Origin: Escherichia coli
Lineage (GTDB): Bacteria; Pseudomonadota; Gammaproteobacteria; Enterobacterales; Enterobacteriaceae
Reading direction: 5' to 3' (one strand)
Length of the DNA stretch: 24,000 nucleotides
Assembly: GCF_037231045.1 (NCBI RefSeq)
Contig: NZ_CP147532.1
Shown: positions 18,388 to 24,000 of the stretch, piece after piece
Layout of the letters: each line of letters starts with the position of its first letter
Position numbering within the stretch: the stretch's first letter is position 1
The notes under the pieces: generated by a model
What the model was told of the DNA's origin: nothing
The model's database searches: none
The model's input: the letters and a program-made list of their open reading frames with translations, nothing else
Program-made: the position numbers and the translations under genes

Positions 18388-21242
18388 TGGAAAAGACATA
18401 TAACCCACAAGATATCGAACAGCCGCTTTACGAGCACTGGGAAAAGCAGGGCTACTTTAAGCCTAATGGCGATGAAAGCCAGGAAAGTTTCTGCATCATG
18501 ATCCCGCCGCCGAACGTCACCGGCAGTTTGCATATGGGTCACGCCTTCCAGCAAACCATCATGGATACCATGATCCGCTATCAGCGTATGCAGGGTAAAA
18601 ACACCCTGTGGCAGGTCGGTACTGACCACGCCGGGATCGCTACCCAGATGGTCGTTGAGCGCAAGATTGCCGCAGAAGAAGGTAAAACCCGTCACGATTA
18701 CGGCCGCGAAGCTTTCATCGACAAAATCTGGGAATGGAAAGCGGAATCCGGCGGCACCATTACCCGTCAGATGCGTCGTCTCGGCAACTCCGTGGACTGG
18801 GAGCGTGAACGCTTCACGATGGACGAAGGCCTGTCCAATGCAGTGAAAGAAGTTTTCGTTCGTCTGTATAAAGAAGACCTGATTTACCGTGGCAAACGCC
18901 TGGTAAACTGGGACCCGAAACTGCGCACCGCTATCTCCGACCTGGAAGTGGAAAACCGCGAATCGAAAGGTTCGATGTGGCACATCCGCTATCCGCTGGC
19001 TGACGGCGCGAAAACCGCAGACGGTAAAGATTATCTGGTGGTTGCGACTACCCGTCCGGAAACCCTGCTGGGCGATACCGGCGTGGCCGTTAACCCGGAA
19101 GATCCGCGTTATAAAGATCTGATTGGCAAATATGTCATTCTGCCGCTGGTTAACCGTCGTATTCCGATCGTTGGCGACGAACACGCCGACATGGAAAAAG
19201 GCACTGGCTGCGTGAAGATCACCCCAGCGCACGACTTTAACGACTATGAAGTCGGTAAACGTCACGCCCTGCCGATGATCAACATCCTGACCTTTGACGG
19301 TGATATCCGTGAAAGCGCCCAGGTGTTCGATACCAAAGGTAACGAATCTGACGTTTATTCCAGCGAAATCCCGGCAGAGTTCCAGAAACTCGAGCGTTTT
19401 GCTGCACGTAAAGCCGTCGTTGCTGCGGTTGACGCGCTCGGCCTGCTGGAAGAAATTAAACCGCACGACCTGACCGTTCCTTACGGCGACCGTGGCGGCG
19501 TGGTTATCGAACCGATGCTGACCGACCAGTGGTACGTGCGTGCCGATGTACTGGCGAAACCGGCAGTTGAAGCGGTTGAGAACGGCGACATTCAGTTCGT
19601 ACCGAAGCAGTACGAAAACATGTACTTCTCCTGGATGCGCGATATTCAGGACTGGTGTATCTCTCGTCAGCTATGGTGGGGTCACCGTATCCCGGCATGG
19701 TATGACGAAGCGGGTAACGTTTATGTTGGCCGCAACGAAGACGAAGTGCGTAAAGAAAATAACCTCGGTGCTGATGTTGTCCTGCGTCAGGACGAAGACG
19801 TTCTCGACACCTGGTTCTCTTCTGCGCTGTGGACCTTCTCTACCCTTGGCTGGCCGGAAAATACCGACGCCCTGCGTCAGTTCCACCCAACCAGCGTGAT
19901 GGTATCTGGTTTCGACATCATCTTCTTCTGGATTGCCCGCATGATCATGATGACCATGCACTTCATCAAAGATGAAAATGGCAAACCGCAGGTGCCGTTC
20001 CACACTGTTTACATGACCGGTCTGATTCGTGACGACGAAGGCCAGAAGATGTCCAAATCCAAGGGTAACGTTATCGACCCGCTGGATATGGTTGACGGTA
20101 TTTCGCTGCCAGAACTGCTGGAAAAACGTACCGGCAATATGATGCAGCCGCAGCTGGCGGACAAAATCCGTAAGCGCACCGAGAAACAGTTCCCGAACGG
20201 CATTGAGCCGCACGGCACCGATGCCCTGCGCTTCACCCTGGCGGCGCTGGCTTCTACCGGTCGTGACATCAACTGGGATATGAAGCGTCTGGAAGGCTAC
20301 CGTAACTTCTGTAACAAGCTGTGGAACGCCAGCCGCTTTGTGCTGATGAACACAGAAGGTCAGGATTGCGGCTTCAACGGCGGTGAAATGACGCTGTCGC
20401 TGGCGGACCGCTGGATTCTGGCGGAGTTCAACCAGACCATCAAAGCGTACCGCGAAGCGCTGGACAGCTTCCGTTTCGATATTGCCGCAGGCATTCTGTA
20501 TGAATTCACCTGGAACCAGTTCTGTGACTGGTATCTGGAGCTGACCAAGCCGGTAATGAACGGTGGCACCGAAGCCGAACTGCGCGGTACTCGCCATACG
20601 CTGGTGACTGTACTGGAAGGTCTGCTGCGCCTCGCGCATCCGATCATTCCGTTCATCACCGAAACCATCTGGCAGCGTGTGAAAGTACTTTGCGGTATCA
20701 CTGCCGACACCATCATGCTGCAACCGTTCCCGCAGTACGATGCGTCTCAGGTCGATGAAGCCGCACTGGCCGACACCGAGTGGCTGAAGCAGGCGATCGT
20801 TGCGGTACGTAACATCCGTGCAGAAATGAACATCGCACCGGGTAAACCGCTGGAGCTGCTGCTGCGTGGTTGCAGCGCGGATGCAGAACGTCGCGTAAAT
20901 GAAAACCGTGGCTTCCTGCAAACGCTGGCGCGTCTGGAAAGTATCACCGTGCTGCCTGCCGATGACAAAGGTCCGGTTTCCGTTACCAAGATCATCGACG
21001 GCGCAGAGCTGCTGATCCCGATGGCTGGCCTCATCAACAAAGAAGATGAGCTGGCGCGTCTGGCGAAAGAAGTGGCGAAGATTGAAGGTGAAATCAGCCG
21101 TATCGAGAACAAACTGGCGAACGAAGGCTTTGTCGCCCGCGCACCGGAAGCGGTCATCGCGAAAGAGCGTGAGAAGCTGGAAGGCTATGCAGAAGCGAAA
21201 GCGAAGCTGATTGAACAGCAGGCTGTTATCGCCGCGCTGTAA
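18387..21242 (+). CDS. valS: Valyl-tRNA synthetase
   Basis: 951 aa; [15 protein letters not shown] (HIGH-type) and KMSKSKGN motifs. Confidence 0.99.
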   Translation: MEKTYNPQDIEQPLYEHWEKQGYFKPNGDESQESFCIMIPPPNVTGSLHMGHAFQQTIMDTMIRYQRMQGKNTLWQVGTDHAGIATQMVVERKIAAEEGKTRHDYGREAFIDKIWEWKAESGGTITRQMRRLGNSVDWERERFTMDEGLSNAVKEVFVRLYKEDLIYRGKRLVNWDPKLRTAISDLEVENRESKGSMWHIRYPLADGAKTADGKDYLVVATTRPETLLGDTGVAVNPEDPRYKDLIGKYVILPLVNRRIPIVGDEHADMEKGTGCVKITPAHDFNDYEVGKRHALPMINILTFDGDIRESAQVFDTKGNESDVYSSEIPAEFQKLERFAARKAVVAAVDALGLLEEIKPHDLTVPYGDRGGVVIEPMLTDQWYVRADVLAKPAVEAVENGDIQFVPKQYENMYFSWMRDIQDWCISRQLWWGHRIPAWYDEAGNVYVGRNEDEVRKENNLGADVVLRQDEDVLDTWFSSALWTFSTLGWPENTDALRQFHPTSVMVSGFDIIFFWIARMIMMTMHFIKDENGKPQVPFHTVYMTGLIRDDEGQKMSKSKGNVIDPLDMVDGISLPELLEKRTGNMMQPQLADKIRKRTEKQFPNGIEPHGTDALRFTLAALASTGRDINWDMKRLEGYRNFCNKLWNASRFVLMNTEGQDCGFNGGEMTLSLADRWILAEFNQTIKAYREALDSFRFDIAAGILYEFTWNQFCDWYLELTKPVMNGGTEAELRGTRHTLVTVLEGLLRLAHPIIPFITETIWQRVKVLCGITADTIMLQPFPQYDASQVDEAALADTEWLKQAIVAVRNIRAEMNIAPGKPLELLLRGCSADAERRVNENRGFLQTLARLESITVLPADDKGPVSVTKIIDGAELLIPMAGLINKEDELARLAKEVAKIEGEISRIENKLANEGFVARAPEAVIAKEREKLEGYAEAKAKLIEQQAVIAAL

Positions 21243-21262
21243 TCAACACCGTGATGAAAACG

Positions 21263-21290
21263 AAGGCCGGAGCATGCGCCGGCCTTTTTT
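21263..21290 (+). terminator. Intrinsic terminator of valS
   Basis: aaggccgg agcatgcg ccggcctt followed by TTTT. Confidence 0.85.
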
Positions 21291-21295
21291 ATCTC

Positions 21296-22492
21296 TTACA
21301 GAAATGGTAAAGAAGGCATAACTCCCCGTGAAATACTGGCTAAGAAGCCTTTATCTGGTTGTTCTTCTTTATTGATTAAAGGAAGGTCATCCAAATCGCC
21401 CAGCAAATACGTATTTTTTGCCTGCCAGTCAATCATCCATATTTTCAGCAGTGGGTAAGCCAGACCACCCGTAATCCCGGATATCACCACCAACGCACAC
21501 ATGCGATAAAGCATACCGTGGTACGTTAAAGTTGAGCGAAAACGAATACGCCCATCATTCAGTGACAGGTTGCTCATAAAATGATTTCGCAACGACACCG
21601 TTAAATAACTGGTGCTAACAGCAATCCCAAAATAATAGATTAACTGCGCGATTATCATTTTACGTTGCATTTCCATAAATTGCTGTAAATTCTCAATATT
21701 ATCATTTGCATACCCAGAACTATCATACTCATTTAATATTTGATCGAAGATAATATAACCAGCAACAGCGAGAAAAGGTAATAAAGCTAAAAATGCGAGA
21801 ATGGCATATTTTATACAATATGTAGTATCTAATTTCACCTTGAAACGGTGTATACCGAAACTGGTATTACTCCAGAGAAAACTCATTACCAGACTATATA
21901 AAGTGCCATTAAAAATACCAATGGAAACAATACCAACTATTGTCATCAGAACCACAGATATAATAACGCTACTTGAACTATTGGCATGTAGCATCTTTGT
22001 CGAGATAAAGAAAACAGTCCCCATCCCAAGGGCCATTAAAATCGGCAAGAAAAAGGTCACCCACCAGAACCCTTTCATAGAGCAATTAAAACTAAATCTT
22101 ACGCCGTTGAGACTGGTCATCAAGGCCTGATAACGCAGTCCTTTTGCTGCCATAAATATAAGCAAAACCAACAGTGACAAAGTCAAAACACAGCCAATAA
22201 GCGGCATATCTGCTGACACTGTCATTAAGATTGCGAAATAGAAAAAAACAAAAACAAGACAACTAACAAAAACATTCCCACCGGTAATCCCATAAGAAAA
22301 TCGTTGTCCGTTAACTTCCATATTAGCATAGAGATAACGCTTACATTTCATTAATGCCCATGGTAAATAGATACCTAGCGTTATAATCGTTAACAACACA
22401 TTCACCACACAAATAAGAAAATATCTCTCACCTGTACCATGAAAAACAAACGAATGGGACGGAACATCCATATCATTAATAACTTGAGCCAT
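21296..22492 (-). CDS. yjgN: Inner membrane protein YjgN (DUF898)
   Basis: 398 aa from MAQVINDMDVPSHSFVFHGTGERYF; multiple TM segments; synteny. Confidence 0.92.
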   Translation of the reverse strand: MAQVINDMDVPSHSFVFHGTGERYFLICVVNVLLTIITLGIYLPWALMKCKRYLYANMEVNGQRFSYGITGGNVFVSCLVFVFFYFAILMTVSADMPLIGCVLTLSLLVLLIFMAAKGLRYQALMTSLNGVRFSFNCSMKGFWWVTFFLPILMALGMGTVFFISTKMLHANSSSSVIISVVLMTIVGIVSIGIFNGTLYSLVMSFLWSNTSFGIHRFKVKLDTTYCIKYAILAFLALLPFLAVAGYIIFDQILNEYDSSGYANDNIENLQQFMEMQRKMIIAQLIYYFGIAVSTSYLTVSLRNHFMSNLSLNDGRIRFRSTLTYHGMLYRMCALVVISGITGGLAYPLLKIWMIDWQAKNTYLLGDLDDLPLINKEEQPDKGFLASISRGVMPSLPFL

Positions 22493-22684
22493 AAAAATTC
22501 CCTGAATTAAAAAATCCATTGATATAATTTATATATACAGACAGTAAAATGTTCTGCCACGTTACAATACTCTTATCAGTAATAGGCTGGCAAAAACTTT
22601 ATTGCTTTATAAGATGCTTGCGCACGTAAGAAGAGAGTGGTATTAAACAAATGTATAATTACTTTATTTTTATTGGGTTAAACT

Positions 22685-23188
22685 ATGAATAACATTGCGC
22701 CGCAATCACCTGTAATGCGTCGCCTGACGCTGCAGGATAATCCTGCTATCGCCCGCGTCATTCGTCAGGTATCCGCCGAATACGGTCTTACCGCTGATAA
22801 AGGCTACACCGTCGCCGATCCGAATCTTGACGAGCTGTATCAAGTGTATAGTCAGCCTGGCCATGCATATTGGGTGGTTGAGTACGAGGGTGAAGTGGTC
22901 GGCGGCGGTGGGATTGCGCCATTAACCGGGAGTGAGTCGGACATTTGCGAACTGCAAAAGATGTATTTTCTTCCGGCTATTCGCGGTAAAGGGCTAGCGA
23001 AAAAACTGGCCTTAATGGCGATGGAGCAGGCACGAGAGATGGGCTTCAAACGCTGCTATCTGGAAACGACCGCTTTTTTAAAGGAAGCCATTGCGCTTTA
23101 TGAGCATTTGGGCTTTGAGCATATCGACTATGCGCTTGGCTGCACGGGCCATGTCGATTGTGAAGTGCGGATGCTACGCGAACTCTAA
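22685..23188 (+). CDS. yjgM: GNAT-family N-acetyltransferase YjgM
   Basis: 167 aa; GNAT-type [21 protein letters not shown] acetyl-CoA binding motif; synteny. Confidence 0.92.
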   Translation: MNNIAPQSPVMRRLTLQDNPAIARVIRQVSAEYGLTADKGYTVADPNLDELYQVYSQPGHAYWVVEYEGEVVGGGGIAPLTGSESDICELQKMYFLPAIRGKGLAKKLALMAMEQAREMGFKRCYLETTAFLKEAIALYEHLGFEHIDYALGCTGHVDCEVRMLREL

Positions 23189-23189
23189 A

Positions 23190-23223
23190 AAAATGCCCGC
23201 TAGTATGTGCTATCGGGCATTTT
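23190..23223. terminator. Bidirectional intrinsic terminator between yjgM and rraB
   Basis: aaaatgcccg(23190-23199)…cgggcatttt(23214-23223) in a convergent intergenic region. Confidence 0.85.
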
Positions 23224-23233
23224 AATCAATTAA

Positions 23234-23650
23234 TTAGTGGCGAACCCCGTCATCGTCTTCATCGACAAAATCTTCATCGTCGCCATCTTCGCCGTTAGGA
23301 TCTTCAAAGTAAGTGCCCCAACCGTCGTACTCAACGTCAAATTTCTCCGCCAGCGTCATCAGTTGTTCAACCTGGGCATCGATCAGATCGGCATTCAACG
23401 CGCACTCGCTGAGGATGTCGCAGCAAATCACGATATCACCATCTTCAACTTCCAGCTCTTCTGGATCGGTCACTTCGTAACCGAGTTTAAACGCTTCAAC
23501 TGCCGCTTTTTCCAGAGTTTCCAGATCGTCTGCGGAAAGATGGTGTTCGATGGTGTACAGCGCGTCCGGATCGCTGCCATCTTCCAGTAATTCTTCAATA
23601 ATCAAACGTGTTTCTTCACGCTGTTCTTCCAGTTGTTCCGGGTTTGCCAT
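23234..23650 (-). CDS. rraB: Ribonuclease E inhibitor RraB
   Basis: 138 aa, strongly acidic C-terminus ([20 protein letters not shown]). Confidence 0.95.
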
Positions 23651-23747
23651 GGCTCATTCCTCTTAATGTCCTGCCGATACTCTTATTGTCACACACCACT
23701 GACATTGCCTCCACCTTTGTGATAAAGATTTATGCTTTAGACTTGCA

Positions 23748-23786
23748 AATGAATAATAATTCATATAAATTGAATTTTAATTCATT
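23748..23786 (+). promoter_or_regulatory. Tandem ARG boxes (ArgR operator) of argI
   Basis: aatgaataataattcata (23748-23765) and attgaattttaattcatt (23769-23786), two 18-bp boxes with 3-bp spacing upstream of argI. Confidence 0.9.
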
Positions 23787-23811
23787 AAGGCGTTAGCCAC
23801 AGGAGGGATCT

Positions 23812-24000
23812 ATGTCCGGGTTTTATCATAAGCATTTCCTGAAATTACTCGATTTCACGCCAGCTGAACTCAACAGCCTGCTGCAGTTAGCCGCGAAGCT
23901 GAAAGCCGATAAGAAAAGCGGTAAAGAAGAAGCCAAACTCACTGGTAAAAACATCGCGCTCATCTTCGAAAAAGACTCGACCCGTACCCGATGCTCTTTC
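23812..24000 (+). CDS. argI: Ornithine carbamoyltransferase, N-terminal part; truncated by window end
   Basis: [63 protein letters not shown] with the STRTR carbamoyl-phosphate binding motif. Confidence 0.97.

Noticed and set aside
18342-19466. 374-aa antisense ORF over valS
   Set aside because: Antisense to the highly conserved, strongly codon-biased valS; such long shadow ORFs are expected, with no independent domain or promoter evidence.
19671-20921. 416-aa antisense ORF over valS
   Set aside because: Same shadow-ORF artefact opposite valS; no recognisable motifs.

Overview
Escherichia coli (or very close relative) chromosomal window. Positions ~1-5800 are the cos-proximal end of a P4-like phage satellite integrated at the leuX tRNA-Leu gene. 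In order they contain a truncated sid, delta (ogr-like activator), psu, a 19-nt P2/P4-type cos sequence, one AT-rich cargo gene, and a P4-type tyrosine integrase next to leuX. Positions ~6080-24000 are the conserved chromosomal backbone: ahr, idnK, idnDOTR, yjgR, lptG/lptF, pepA, holC, valS, yjgN, yjgM, rraB, and the start of argI with its ARG boxes. The most interesting element is the cargo gene at 1833..4307 (824 aa). It lies between cos/psu and int, the position known as a cargo/defence hotspot in P4-like satellites. It encodes an N-terminal TIR domain with a candidate catalytic Glu, a STAND/NLR-like NTPase core with a non-canonical Walker A (GLIGVGRRS), a probable winged-helix segment and a C-terminal TPR-like array. 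This is a strong candidate single-gene anti-phage abortive-infection system. It probably belongs to, or diverges from, the TIR-NLR type systems already reported from P4 hotspots, so novelty at family level cannot be claimed from sequence alone. The degenerate P-loop and an A9 slippage-prone tract between TIR and NTPase domains are the least expected details.
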